DNA of 64,000 nt from Moniliella sp. 'wahieum' (lineage: Eukaryota), in contig RSEE01000150.1 of assembly GCA_003971905.1 (NCBI GenBank), forward strand, positions 1 through 64,000, given 5' to 3'. A model generated the notes under the pieces. The model searched no databases. It was not told where the DNA came from and worked only from the letters and a program-made list of their open reading frames with translations. The position numbers and the translations under genes were made by a program. Position 1 is the first letter of the stretch, and each line of letters opens with the position of its first letter. This document shows positions 11,011 to 25,014 of this stretch, in pieces.

Positions 11011-13583
11011 TTATGGGTGATCTTGGCCGCCGGCAAGCCGATCCGTGCTGCGGCGCTCCCCTTCGTGTCGGCCATGCAACGGCTGGGAATCGGACAACCT
11101 CGATACCGATTCGGCCAGGTTGGCTGCGGTGTGGTCATGGTGTCGCCGTGCTTCCTCGGACGCCTCGAGGTAGGAAGAATGAGCGACGCTCTGGGACAAA
11201 GCGCGCTGAGCTTCGTGGGTTCCTCGGCGTCAAGCTCATCGAGGTCGTCCTGGGGTTCCTGGTCAACGTCCTTGTCCGAGTCGGTGAGCTGGGCGCGGAT
11301 GAGGCGCTCAAACTGGCTGCCTGGTACGTTGAGTTGTTGGAAACTGCCCATTTCAGCCACGCGGCCTTGGTCCAGCAAGACAATCACGTCGGCCGACTTG
11401 ATCGTCGACAAGCGATGGGCAATGATCCAGACTGTGGCTTGGCCCGTCTCGACAATGCGTTGGATGGTACTGTTGATCAAATGTTCCGAGTTGGTGTCCA
11501 GAGCCGAAGTGGCCTCGTCCATCAACAAGATCGGTGCGCCACGCAACAGCGATCGCGCAATGCTGATTCGTTGTCGTTGCCCCCGGACAGTTGGCGCGCA
11601 TTGGTGGCCAAGCCGTCGGGCAAGGCACGAATAAAGTCCATGCAATTCGCCGCCTCGGCCGCTTGCTCAATCTCAGCCTGGCTCGCGCCCGGACGAGAAT
11701 ACGCAATGTTCTCGGCAATCGTGCCCTCAAACATGACCTGTCCAAGCCCACTTGGTAGTTAGCATTCCTCCCCAACCACAACAACCTTCCCCCCCCGTAA
11801 AAAAAGGACAACAAAAAAGCCAGCACACGTACCGGATCTTGCCCCACCACACCAAACAGACTGCGCAGCGAGTCCAACTCGTACTCCTTCACGTCGTGTC
11901 CGGCCACGCGGACCTCGCCCCGATCGGGATCGTAGAGGCGGAGAACGAGGGAGTGAACCGAACTTTTGCCCACGCCCGACGCGCCTACCAGCGCGACACT
12001 GGTCCCAGGTCGAATGGTCAGGCTAAAGTCGTTCAGGATCGGACGGTCGGGCCGGCTGGGGTAGGCAAAGTCGACGTTGCGGAACTCGATGGTGGGATGG
12101 GTGCGGTCAGGTACCTCGAGTCGTTTCCCGACTGAATCTGCGGTTCCCGCTCCATCAGAGCAAACACACGCGCACCAGCTCCCATGCCCTTCATGATGCT
12201 GGCGAAAAAGCCAGTCAGGTTGGCCAGGCCGCCACCCAGGTACGCCGTGTACATCATCAGCGATGTCAGATCGCCCGTGGTCAGCACGCCCTTGGCGACC
12301 AAAGAGCCACCATAGGCGAGCAAGGTGAGGATGGCACAGTTGCCAACAAAGCCTGTGCCAGCGTAAAAGTAGCCGGTCGCCTTGGCCTCGGTCACCTGCA
12401 AGCTGACAATGTCCTGGATCGACCGCGATAGGCGAGTAACTTCGCGAGGCTGCGCATTGTACGCTGTGATGGTACGAAACGCGGCTGGGGACAAGCGTTC
12501 TTGTGCGACATCGGTCATTCGTCCTACTGCATCTTGGGTTTTGTGGGTGAGGCCACGAATGTAGCGGCCGTACCACACGGCTCCGATCGCAGCGGGTGGG
12601 ATGATGCCGAGCATGAGGAAAGTTATGTCGGTTGAAATCCACAGCATTGCCAGCCCGCCGCGACGACCGTGACGGCCGCGCGCAGTCCATCGCCCACATC
12701 GCACGTCAGACTGTCACCAACAATCGACGTGTCGACACTGAGCCGACTCACCACATCGCCCGCATGCTTATCGGCCCATTCGACATCTTGTCGTAGCGCC
12801 GAGGCGAAACTCTTGCGCCGCAGGTTTTGGATCAGCCGAATGGCCGACATGTCCAGCAAGATGTTGCTCCCGGCCTTGGACGCGGCCCCAATCGCAAATA
12901 CAACGACCAGCAACGGAGCGATCTGGTTGAACGTCAGTCCCCAAAAGGCATGCGTGTCGTCGCTGGCAAACAAATCGATCAGGCGACCAATCACAGCCGG
13001 AACAGTGAGCGTCACGCCGGACGAGACGAGCAGGAGCAAGAGGGCAAGGAGAAGGGTGCGCTTCTGCGTCGCAGCCAGCTTCCACATCTTGCTCAAGGCA
13101 GGGTACGGCTCTTGGGGTGCCGTACTTGGCTTGCCGCCCGATGGGCGCAGCTGGGCCAGAATCCGACCCAGCACACCCACCCTGTTGGCCTCCGTTTTCA
13201 CCTCGGGCTTCTTTTCCGCTGCCGAACCGGGAGCCGAATCGGGCGCGAATCGGGCGAGGATCGCGTCGGGGTGGAGGCAGGGGCGGGGGGGAGGGTGGAG
13301 CGGGTGGAGGCTAATCTGTGCCCAGCCCAGCGACCGGTGGCCGGAGCCCGAGGGGAAGGGGCCTAGGCAAAGCGGCGGGGCCAAGCGGGTGGGGGGGAGG
13401 ATGTGGGCGCAGGGGGGCGCATATGCGGGGCCAGCGGCGGGCGCCCACATGCGGGGGGCACGCGCATCGCAGGGAAAGAGGTGGCGGTGGTGGTGGGGTG
13501 GTGGCAGTGGCGAAGGTGGAGGTGGCCAGGATAGGCGGTGCCGGACGAGCGAAGAATGACCTGATCGGCTCGGCGTGGGTCAT
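11011..13583 (-). CDS. Mitochondrial half-size ABCB transporter (MDL1/ABCB10-like)
   Basis: TMD with GDVVSRLSVDT and DGLRA; NBD with FRNVDFAYPSRP, Walker A GASGVGKS, Q-loop VGQDP, signature LSGG..RQRISIAR, Walker B ILLMDEATSALD and IAHRLSTI. Intron 11738-11832. Presequence-like N-terminus. Confidence 0.88.
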
Positions 13584-14388
13584 CGAATCGGTGAGGCTCA
13601 TCGCATCGGCCTCGGGCTGCGATGGCCGAGGAGAAATTTACCCACGGGCTGAATATTGAATCTGAATTGAATACCCCAGTCTTCCCTTCCAACCAAGGCG
13701 CGGGGAAGAATCTCATTATAGTTTGTCTGCCGTCCAGCTCGAAGTTGCCACCACAGCTCGTCGAAGCTTGGCCTGCTCTCCCTTGCTCACCGTCTCCACA
13801 CCTGTACCGCCTCTACGAGACCGCGAGGGGGACGAACGAAGCTACACCTTCATTCGAGAATGGACGTCCGGTGATCGAACTGCATTTTCTAGTCTCGTTA
13901 CGCCCAATTGATTACCATGGACAGGGAAAGACGCTAGGAGGAGGTAGAAGAAGGCAGGAGAGGGGGGGGACAATATGAAGTGAAGCACCAACGAAGCTCG
14001 AAACGAAAACTCGAAACGCGGAACTCGAGATCTTAGAGATCCAAAACCCAAAACAACAAAAAGAACAAAACAACCTGAGGCCTGAGGCTGAGGCTCAAGC
14101 CTGACGCTCAAGCTCAGACCCAAGGGACCCCACCCGCGCACCTAAGCAAGCAAACAAACAAGCAAGCGTAGATACGCGCACGGTTACTCGTCGGTACAAA
14201 AGTGCTGGAGACTGGTGGCGAACCAGGAATCGAATCCGGGCGGCGCGGTGGCCAGGCCAGAGTCCTCCGCGTGTGGGGGCGAAAGCTGTGGCTCCGACAG
14301 CGGGAGAGAAGGTGCCGTGCCATCCAAGCCGGGCGGCGGGAGCCCCAAGAGGTCGCCTTGTGTGCCAACGCCTTGGTTGGCAATCCAC

Positions 14389-17300
14389 TCAAAGAATAGA
14401 TCGGCCGTCGAGGTGCTGTGCACGTCCCCACCTGAACCTGCACCTGTACCTGTACCGGTTGCATGCTGCCGCTCCCGCTCCCGCTCCGAACGGGGGAAAG
14501 CCCAAGCTAGGATCGGTCGCTACCGTATCGAGCGATGTGCGGGGCTGGTCTGGTGTACCGTTACCGTCCCATGTGCCCGCCGAGCCCGAGGGGAACGAGA
14601 CTGAGAACGTCTGGGACGAAGGGTCCGTCCCGCCTGACGAGCTGGGCGACGGCTCGGTCTCGCACGCCGCCAAAGCCAATTGGTACGAGGCGACAAAACT
14701 AGGCAAATCGAACTGGCCGCGAGTTGGATCGCATGAACGAACCAGAAGCAGCGGCAGGATCCGACGCAGACCAGGCTTGGCGCCCCACTCGGGCCGGGGG
14801 AGAGCGAGAGCGCTGTCCCGTTCGGCCCGATCGCAGGTACCTCCAATGGACCTTGCCCCGGCGGCGGACCGATCAAGTAGGGAAATCGGCTGTGGTAGGC
14901 AATCCGGCGTCCCGGGCGCGCGTCGCTGCGCTGTCGCCTGGAGCGCGACCGGCCAACATGCCCGCCACCGTGGTAGGATGGAGTGCGTCGGAGGTAGGAT
15001 CGGTGAGGTCCTTCGAAGTAGGGGCTGCGGGGGGGCGGTAGCCGCGGGGGTTGCTCCAGTTCGTCCTCGTTCTCATTTCGTACTCGTTCTCGTACTCGTA
15101 CAGCGGGACAGTGTGTGTATCGGCGGTGACGGCCTGCTTGATGCGCAAGGCGAGGTTGAGCACGTTGGTCTGTTCGGACCGGCGGCGTTTGAGTGGGTTG
15201 GACGTGGCCGGTTCGCCTGCGCGGTCGAGGTGGCGGTGCCACTGGGCCGCTTCGGCAGCTTGCATAGCGTGCAGGATGGACAAGGAGCGAGCGACGTAGG
15301 GCGACGTGTGGCGGACGAGGTGCAATGCGCCAACGGCTTCTTGGACATCGCTAAGTGTCTGATGCCGTTCCGCCTCGTCTGACGGCGGCGACGCCAACAG
15401 ATCCAGCAGCAGCACTACCGCCGCATTGAACGACTGGAGCAAGATGAACCAGAGCCGATCTACAATCGTGCCGGTTGCCACGGCGCGCAACTGGCGCTGC
15501 ATGGCCAACAGGGACGTGCCAGCCGTACACAGATCCCGCGTCCTTGCACGTCCGACGATAACTTGACCCGGTGCAAGCGCAGCAGCTTGGAAAACACGCC
15601 TGGTGCAACAGCCACCGCTGCACCGCCACGTCTACGTCCGTCCCTGGCTCCGCCGCCCCGCGCCCCCGGCATGCAACCCGTCCGAGGAGGAAAAGTACGG
15701 CGGCAGACTGGACAAGAGGCAGCGGTAGCGTGCGTCGAGGCGCGCCGTGTCGGCCAGGGTCAGACGGCGAGTAGATCCGTCGTTGGCACCTTGCTTGTCG
15801 CGTTGGTTGAGCAAGTCGGTCGTCTCGCGCACCACGTCGGCCAAGACGCTGGGTTAGCACGTAGGACATTTCCGTGTGCACCGTGTCCTTGTGTGGCGGC
15901 GGGACGCGCGCCGAGCACAGGTCCGATCGTTGTAGTTACCCGGCAACGGGGTGTTGAACGAGTTGCGCTGAATGGTGTATGTACCTGTCGTCTCGGACGC
16001 ACACCAGTCGCGCCAGACCAGCGCCCACCATACCCGGCAATACGTTTGGCGCAGGATGACTGTGCCTGCTGCCTCGCCCGGCTGGGGTTGGCGGTGCTGG
16101 TCGCCAAGTCGGTGAAGGCCCATGTCGTACGCGTGCGGATGGCAATTTGCATCAAGGTGGCCTGTTCCTTGTCGCACTCGGTGCTGTACAGCTCGGCGAG
16201 CAGGATGGACTGAAGCACAGTCACGCTCTGGCTCGCCATGTAGTCCGACAAGATCAGGGTCGTCTTGAAGGCCGAGTACCACGTGTGGACAGTGCGGCCA
16301 TCAAAGAGGAACGTGATGTTGCTGTAGTGCGCAGGCACCTGGCCTGGGTTGGGGTAAAATTGCATGCCCAGCACAAGGATCATCAGCAGCAAGGCCAACC
16401 ATCCCGGGTCGAGATGGTTGACGATCCGCGCTTGCTTTTCCACCGAGCCCAGATCAAATAGCCGGTCCACTTCGCGCAGCACGAGGGGATATGAACCACA
16501 TGTCCCGTCAGGTAACACACGCGCGTGCGGTACACATCGATCAGCTGGAGCGTAATCGGCTTGGGCGGCAAGGTGCGCAGGATGCTGCGCAACACCGACT
16601 CGCGCTCCGGCGCACCGGGACACAGAAACTACATTGGTAATCGATTGAAATTCGCCCGCCACCTCGGCCGCACTGAACGCCCATCCCAACCCCCACCCCA
16701 ACGTGTCGGGCCCCTGCTTGAGACGAAACAGACCCGTTGGCGACGGCCATCTTGGCCGACTCGGCATAGGCCCCAAAGGGGTCATGGGCACTGGGCGGTG
16801 GTCAGCGCCCTGTTGGTCCGACTCTCCCGTGCGGTATGATGGGGACCGGCGGACGGAGCGGGGGCGCGGGGGGGGAAGAACGGGTGGGTGCCGTCGTGCC
16901 GTCCCCGGGGGATGACAGTCTGGTAGAAGAGGAGCCGGCAGCAGCATGATGGGCGAAGAGGGAACGGCGGAGGTCCTCCCTCCCTAGGACCAAACGCATC
17001 GATCCGGCGTGGGTCGAGCAAGTCGATGGACGGGAGAGCTGCGAGCATGTTGGCGTTTTCTGATGCCTCGGCGTGTTCGCGGCAATCGGGGCACGTCTCG
17101 ACAGAGCAGGCAGCGGTAGGCACGTGGTCGGCGGGAAGAAGCTGTGCCGTCTTGCCCCTGATGCTGCGGCACGTGGTGCACCACCGAAAGCGTCGTGCTA
17201 TCGGGGCGCACGTTCGGAGCCCCAAACAGCGCCACATCCTCCAACACGGTAGCCGCATTGTCGACGTCGGACGAGCGCTCGTCTTGCGCCCGCGGGCGCG

Positions 17301-18376
17301 GGCGCTGTTTTTTAGGCCGTCCACGCGTAGCCACCTTGTACTCGGACAGACCGGTGCGGGCCAAGAGCGTCGACAGTGAGGGCACATTGGCATTGACTTG
17401 CTGCTCGTTCTGCGCTCGCTCGGTCGTGCGCTCCATCTCCATCGCGGCCAAGCGCTCCTCCAACTCGGTGATGCGAGCCTTGGCCAAGGCCAGCTCGTCG
17501 GTCGGTTGCGGGGGGACGAGCGGGACAGGCGGGGGACGAACGGCGCACCGGCCTGGGGCCGTGCCAGTTGCCCCCGGCTGCGCTGGGGGGGCAAGGAGGA
17601 CCATCGTACGAAGCTGGATCGCGGGGGATGTGAGACCTGGCCCGCGGTTGCCACGCGACGCGTCCGTCCGACTCGGCTTGCTGGGGCGGGAAGAGTGATG
17701 GTGGTGTCCCTGGTGTCCCTGGTGCGCTGGCGCGGGCGGAACGGGTCCGGGGTGGTAGGGCTGCGCTGGGCGGTCGTTGCAGGCGGAGGGAACGCGGGTA
17801 GTGGCGGCGGCGCCGAGGGCGTGTCCCACGACGCTCTCCACGGCGGACGCGGGGGCGAAGGGGCTGGCCACTGGGCTAGGTCAGCAGGCTCTCGGCGGGC
17901 GGGATGGCGTCGTCAGCGTCGTTGGTGTCGTCGACCTCGTCGGCGTCATCGACGTCGCAGCAGTTGGGATGCCTTGTGCTTGTAGGGAACAATGCGGCAC
18001 GACTGGGCCTCGCCGCGCTTGCAGCATTGGTCGCAGGGGATGCGGCGCGAGCATTTGATCTTGCGCTCGCTGGGGGGGGGGGGGTAGTCAGTATCTCTGA
18101 CATCCAGTCTCCAGTGTCCAGTGAAACGGACAACGTACCGGCAGTGGGTGCAGCTCAAGGTCAAGCGGTTGCGTTTGCGCCGCTCGGGCGGGGCGCGGCG
18201 GTGCCTGTGGCGGTGGCGGTGGCGGCGGCGGTGGTGCCCGGGGCGAGACGCGGGTGGGTGGAGCGGCGGGGCGGGCTGGGCGGCAGCTGGCCGTCGTAGC
18301 CGGCTGCCTCGGGCGACCAGCGGGGCGGATGGTGTGGGTCAGCAGCCCACAGCGCCGGCGGCTCGGCGGCGTACAT
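14389..18376 (-). CDS. Zn(II)2Cys6 fungal transcription factor with fungal-specific middle homology region
   Basis: KRNRLTLSCTHCR|ERKIKCSRRIPCDQCCKRGEAQSC, joined over intron 18070-18138. Followed by coiled coil LAKARITELEERLAAME and middle region MGLHRL..RVWWALVWRDW. The 3' end is approximate. Confidence 0.88.
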
Positions 18377-19999
18377 GGTGTGCACGCAGGCGGAGGTGGC
18401 GGTAGCGGGGACGCAGATGGATGGCGGTGGCGAAGGCGAAGGCGAAGGCGAAGGCGAACGCAGCGGCGTCCAGCAAATGTGCCGCCCCACCGCCACCGCC
18501 ACGCCCATCGCCACCCGCGACGGATGAGCGCACGGCCGGGGGTGATGCATGATGCGCACGATGCATGATCCCCGGGATTGAATCTTCAATGATTAATGAG
18601 GTAAGATCAGCGATCGGCGACCAGGGTGGGTGATGCGATCAGGGGCGGTCGCAGCAGCGCAGCGCAGCACAGAAGAACCCTTGGAGGTCTAACCCAACAC
18701 AGCCTCAGTCGTCGCATGTCCACCGCTGTTCTTTCGTCTGTCCATCCATCCATCCTCCACACACCATCCACACCATCCGGCCAGTCATCGCACGCAGCAT
18801 GTGCTGCGCACTGCTCCTGCAGCGTGAAACGGTGGGATGTAGGTGACATGTCATATGCCCTACTGGCTCCGATCGTCCGATGGCGCCCAGGGAACACTGG
18901 GGCATCGTCGGGAGATCACATGTCACCGGCTACATCACCTTGGCACGGCTGGGTGTCACATGTCACATGTCCCATCCAGCGCTGCCCAGCACCCGCACGC
19001 ACACGCCAGCCGAGCACAGCCTTGCGCAACTATGGCGTCGGACGGGATGCGTGTGACATGTGTGACATGTGCGTGCGATGGGGACGATCGAGGTCGCAGA
19101 CGAAAATTTTTGACGCGTTCGATGGGACCTGTTGCCTGGTACCTGCTACCGGCTACCTGCTACCATGTTACACCCCGTCCAACCTCCTCGGGCCCCATCC
19201 GCTCTCGCTCTGACAGGGAACACGCTACCTTGGAAGCTTGTGCTTGCTCTTGCTTGGCATGATCCAGCCATCCAACCAGTCAATGAATGGAATCATCGAT
19301 TGCACGACATGGACATGCTCGTCCTTGGCGCACTGGGCGCTTAGCGCGCCCTGCGCAGCCTCTGCCATTTCAACGTTCAATTTCAACTTGCAACTTGCAC
19401 CGCTGGACCACGTCACGTGCCACCTGCCCACGCCTCCAACACACAAGTCCCGTCCTGGCCGACCATCCCATCGTGCCTTCCTCCCATGCCGTCCGGCCAC
19501 CATTGCAGATTGCCACGCGCCATCACAACATTATAACACCTGCCTACGCACCCACGCCCTTGTCAAGTGGCCCAACCCCCCAGCCGCACACTGGCCGCGC
19601 GATCCGACCCAACCACAGACAAGGGGAGAAAGGCGTGGATGGAACCGGTGCCCATGCACCCTGAAAGCGGGATAGTAATACAGCCAATGCTATTCGGGCG
19701 GGAAGGGAGGAGGAAAGGAAAGGTAAGGAAAGGTAAGGTAAGGGGGTAAAGAGGGGGTATCAAAATAGGAAAGTGGAGAGGGAAACGGGATCCGCTCACT
19801 GCTCGCTCACCGACGAGGATGGCGGTGGGACCGACGAGCTTGCGACCCACACTCTTCCCGCGGTGTGACTGGACGGGGTAGGCATATCCATATTCGTATC
19901 CACGTCCATGCCCAATCCCAATCCGGTCGAGCGGGCACGCAGGACGGCCGACGCCGTTCCAGCGCGGGAGAGGATACGTGCCGAAGCGGAGCGCGGGAC

Positions 20000-22134
20000 G
20001 GACTTGGACCTGCTCGATCCCACCGACTGAGAGCTGACCGAGCGAGTGGACCCCGACCCAACCGATCCGACCGACCCGAGCGACTCGCACCCACCCGCAC
20101 AGGGCTCGACGGAGCAAACAGTATCTCAGCCAACGCCTCCAGTGGCGGAGCAGCAGCCGGCGGGTTCTTCCGAAAGTCCCATTGCTTGCTCGCGGCCGTA
20201 CCGGGGTAAAGCGTTTCAAAGTACAGCGACGGTATCTCGTCTTGCTCTTGCTCTTGTGGTTGTGGTTGTGATTGCGTTTGTGGGTGTGATTGCGCTTGCT
20301 CGTCCTTCGGGTCAAGGAAGAGGTGGCCGTAGAGACGGAGGCTGTGCCCAGCGAGCCAGCCGAAGCAATGGACGAGGGACGAATACGTATGCGGGGGCAG
20401 GTGGGGGTAAGTGTGCCGTCGTGCGGCGCAGCGTCCGCACCAGCGTCAACGGGACGGGTCAACGTCTTGTCCGACGCGACGGATGCGCGATCACGACATG
20501 CGTGGGCACAGAGCGCGCTGGGTGTGAGAGCGCGCGTGGCGCAGGGCATGATGGGAGGTATGTGCCGCATGGGCCGAGAGGGCGGTGAAGTGCAAGTCGG
20601 ATCGGATCGTGTGGGGGTATGGTCCTCCGTTCCGCACGCGCCGCTTCGAGTAACGTGCTGAGCTGTACATGCGCACGAGCTCGCACGTGCGACTCGACGT
20701 ACGGCGCCCAGTTGGGCTCGACCCACTGCACCTTCCGCCCTCGCCCCGTACTGCTCGAACCGGGGTGCGAGTCGTGGCTGGTCATCGACCCGGCTTCGGA
20801 AGATGGCACGCGATCGCTCCCGTCGACCCCGGGACTACTGCCACAGCGTGAACTGTCCCGCGAGCGCTGCAAAATCGAAGTCGAAGCAGCCGAGCTACGC
20901 CGGGCCGAGGCCGATCCCGGTACCGGTAGCGGTACCGGTAGCGGTACGGACGAAGGCGCCAGGACCTCGTCGAGAGGAAGCGTAGATTGGGAAGTATGCG
21001 TTCTCAATGGCGAGGCGGGGGAGGGGGGACGCGCACGGGGAGCAGCCGCGCCACGCATGCGGACCGTCATGGGTGTGGTGGACAGCGCCGTGGTAGGGTC
21101 GGTGGAGGTGATGCACACAAGGTCCGGGACTGGCGTGGCAGTCGCCTCGTCCGCGCCGCGCGACTCGTCGGACGAATCCAGGTCCAATAGGTCCGATCGG
21201 CTCAACGCGGTAAACGTGCCGTCGGCACTAATGTCGCCCTGGGCTAGACGACGGTCGAGCTGCGCCTGTGCCTCGAGCGCCATGTGGGCCAGCTTGCGCG
21301 CCAACGTATCTTGTGGTTCGTCGTACTCGTCCTCGTACTCGTACTGGTCGGGGTCTGCGCGGGGGAGGGTCTCGCTCCTGACGGGGTGCGAGGCATCCTC
21401 CATCTCTTCCAGCCCTTGCTCGGGCCAAGTCTCGAACGAGAGACCCAAGGCGCTCTCTGAGACGGCCATGCGCCGGTTGGTGGGTGCAAGGCCGTATCCG
21501 CGCGGATGGAGATGGTGATGGACGTAGACGCCGTCGCGCGACCGTGCAGAACGAAGCAACTGGTGCAAGTTGATTGACTCGTCCAACGAGCTGGCTGCAC
21601 GCAACCGTTGACGACGAGTGGATTGCGAGTGGCGCACAGTCTCGGAACTGGCAATGCTTTCGCCATCGCTGCTGGGGCGGGCAAGGTGGTCCTTCCCAAA
21701 GGCGGACAGATCGGCATTGTCGAGTGTGGCCAAGGTTTGGTGGATGATGCCGAGCAGTTGCGATAGAGACAGCGCAGTAAGGCGGACGAGTAAAATGGTG
21801 AGGGAGGATAGGATGCGGAGGAGTAACAAGGAGAAAGGCACCACGGCATGGACCAAGGCGTGCAGACTGCCGAGGCCAGTGCACTCGGCAGCCGAGGGGG
21901 GGAGCTCATGCCATCGGATATCGATGGGGGGAACGCAGCGAGGGGTGGCTTGGAGGGGTGTGAATGGGAGGGCGGGGGCGAGCGGACGACGTGCTCGTAC
22001 GAAGGCAGCAGCGCGTCGTCGGGCGGCGGGGCGGCGAATGGGGTGGGCCAGGACGGAGGCCAGAACGCATGGGAGGCATGTTGGGCAGCAACTGGGGGAT
22101 ACGGGGGGAGGGGGGGGGGGGAGGAGGAAGGCAA
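20000..22134 (-). CDS. Hypothetical protein: N-terminal PY motifs, one hydrophobic segment, long disordered tail
   Basis: ORF 21244-22134 (LPPY, LPSY) joins ORF 20459-21856 (VVPFSLLLLRILSSLTILLVRLTALSL.., 465 aa) if one base is restored in the G run near 21896-21902. The 3' end is uncertain. Confidence 0.55.
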
Positions 22135-23499
22135 GGTGGCGCTAAGGACAGGCAGGCATGCCAGGCGGTGGTGGGGGGGAGGCGACGGAGGGCGAGCGGG
22201 CTGGAAGCGGGCAGGAAGCAGGTGCTAAGGGTTGCAGCAGGTGGGTTGCTCACTAAAATAAAAATATACCCAGCGGTTGGGGGCGCGGCGGGCGGAGGCG
22301 ATTTTGGTTGGGGCAGCGCTGGGGCAGGCCGGGGGTGTGATGGGGTTGGGATGGGGACGGCGGATGGGACGATGTGGCCCAATGTCAGTGAAACGACGCA
22401 CAGGCCGTCGGTGGTGGTGGTGGGCGGTGGAGGCGGTGGCGGTGGAGGCCGAGACGATGGCCGGCGAAGTGCAGACGAATGGGGCCGACCGAGGGAACAG
22501 GACGGAGGCAAGGCGGGTATAAGCACTAAGCACTAAACGCAACGCAGAACGTCCTATGCCTGAATCTCAAGCGCTAAGCTGTGCATCCGCCGCCGCACCA
22601 CACTCGCCTACTGGCTCCTGCGCACCTAAACCATCACAGCCGCGTGGCGCCAGTGTCGGATCAGCGTGCGTTGTTCCTGCCCCAACAAAACGATACCCAG
22701 CATGGGCACAGTGGCGCCGTGCTGCGCGGCCCGCGCACATCGGGCTGACACTGCCGCCCATGCGATGCGTCCTATCCCCGCAACCATGCATCATGCATCA
22801 TGCATCAGCGCTGAACGTACTGAACGTAACGTACAGCTTCAAGAAGTGATTGCGTCGGCGCCGCCCTGTTAAGTACTTGGATCTGGATCGTGGACGGCCA
22901 TCCGCGCCCACCGACAAGCCCAGCGGCCTAGAACGGACGATAAGCAAGACGCAATCTGCTCATCACTCGTCATCGCAAAAAGGGAAACACCCCCTCGTGG
23001 GATTAGTTTTGCAGAGTTAGTAGCAAAGAGAGCGCATATATGCGTACTCCGCTCGCTTCGCCCGTATCCATCCTAAGGCCTAAACCCGGCTTGCCAAGTG
23101 GGTTAGTGTCCGCAAACGCCACAGGATCAAAAGAAGCGAGTCTGACGGTGGGTAACGTGCCTGTGTAGCAACGTGCTTGGCCAGATCTTCGTCAGTTTAG
23201 CTTGCTATCTACTCACAGGAGGTTTTCGTCTCCTCTTGTAGCGGTATGTATTTTTGCCTCCCCGTCACCTATATCTCGCTCCCGCGTATACTCGATACTC
23301 CTTCTGCCCCCTCTCTCCGCTGTATCCGTTGTCTGCATCGCGTAGACTGTTTTGTCTCGTTTGCGCTCTGGCATACGTGCGTCGCTACATCCTTTTCACT
23401 GAAATCCCTGCCCAACAACTTGTGCCAATTCCTGAAGGGCCATGGTGCTGCCGTAATCGACACGTGTCGCAAGGGGATCTTCCCTCTCACAGCCACTAG

Positions 23500-23960
23500 A
23501 TGGCCACTGAGCCAACGGACCACTTTTGGCGTTGTGGGGAAACCATCGATGATGGCCCACACCGTTCCACGGTCCACCTTTCCACCGTAACCCTTCCACC
23601 GTACCCTATACCACGGTGGAGAGTGTAGGGAGAGTAGCTTGGGCAAGCACGCGCGGGCTACTCCTATTGTGCTACGGTAAGCACATATTGCATCCGACCC
23701 ACACCACGAAGACTTTATACCTTGATTCCGGTACAAGAGAGGCCAAGTGTGGTATACACGAGGGAACCGCAACTCCAGGAGAACGTCGGAAGAACACCGA
23801 CAGAAGGAGCTGCTTCGACTGCTGGAACAAGTCCAATGTGGCAAGAGCCAAGGACCAAGGATGTGCTCGAGAGCCATCGTTGTTCTTCCCCTTGTGCGTG
23901 TGAGGGCACGCGGACCATGTCACCAAAGACGAGCAACAACGGTGCCTGAGTACAAGAAGG
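23500..23960 (-). mobile_element. Degenerate Ty3/Gypsy chromovirus integrase C-terminus (GPY/F region plus chromodomain) relic
   Basis: Across frames and in the expected order: VFGDMVRV, HILGPWLL, LELRFPRVYH, WYRVRWKGYG (chromodomain consensus YxVKWKGY). Lies in a lower-GC stretch (~22.9-24.6 kb) with no recognisable gene. Confidence 0.45.
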
Positions 23961-25014
23961 TATGACTGTGAAGAGTCTCATTGGAGAGGCGGTTCATCGC
24001 TCTCACGCCTCTATCAGCACGCTCATTCGTATCCACCCGCGGTGCACTCGGGCTGGAAGCGAATGGCAGGAGCTAGAAAATCCTGGTCGGCTGACGAGTC
24101 CACTATTAACCTCTTCATTGAGTTGGCACGAAATATAGCAGCAGCACCCCGGACGTGCGAGCCTGGGATATAACGGGCGCAGCGACTCGTTGTCCCTGAC
24201 TTGCCTTTGTCTCACAACAGATATGAATGCAATACCAGGAATAGTGGCCTGGGGAAGCAGTGTAATCGAGAGACTGAGATATAACCTCCCTTTTACAGAG
24301 TCAGTAGAACGCGTGGGTCGAGCACATATGACCACTGGCCCATTGCAAGAGGCTCACCAAGACGGAGCACTAGTCCGAGCGGCTGGCCAGTCCAAAAGCC
24401 GGGCAATTGATTGTCATCGCCACATACGGACTCGTATACGTCTTTCCCCCCCGAGGCTGGATCACCTGCAGTGTTCCTTGTTGATCATGTCGGGGAGATA
24501 CGAACTAGAGATCCAGACGTATATACACGACGACAAGTGATCCTGAGGGGCATGAGCAAACGGGCTATTATACGCATCCCCACGGTCCCTTGTTGGTACA
24601 CTTTGGTTGAAAAAGGGGTCGAACACGGCCAGACGTGTGGACCGGTGACACGTTGAGGTACTAGGATTTGTGCATTTCACTGGGGATCCGTCGGCAACGC
24701 CCTGTACAGAGGGCGTGGGTCTTCGTTGGGGTGGGTGCGCGCCGAAGCGGGCCGTGGCGGATGGTCGCTTCCAGCGCGGGTCGAAGGGGCGGGCGCGGAA
24801 TTGGGGCGGCGGCCGGAAGAAGATTTTGACGGGGACGATGACGTCAGGGCGGCGGGGGCGGGCGAGGCACACTGGCGCGTGGCGGGGCGGGACGGACCAT
24901 TTGAAACGGGCGCGGGCGAAACGTTCTATCGTTCCATCGCTTTCGCTGCCCAGCCGCCGCAGGAGATAAAACGCACCCGCGAGCGGCGTGCTTTTTGCAA
25001 CCCCCACCGCCACC

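Noticed and set aside
24915..24940. Heat-shock element upstream of SSC1
   Set aside because: GAAACGTTC..GTTC does not keep the nGAAnnTTCn register.
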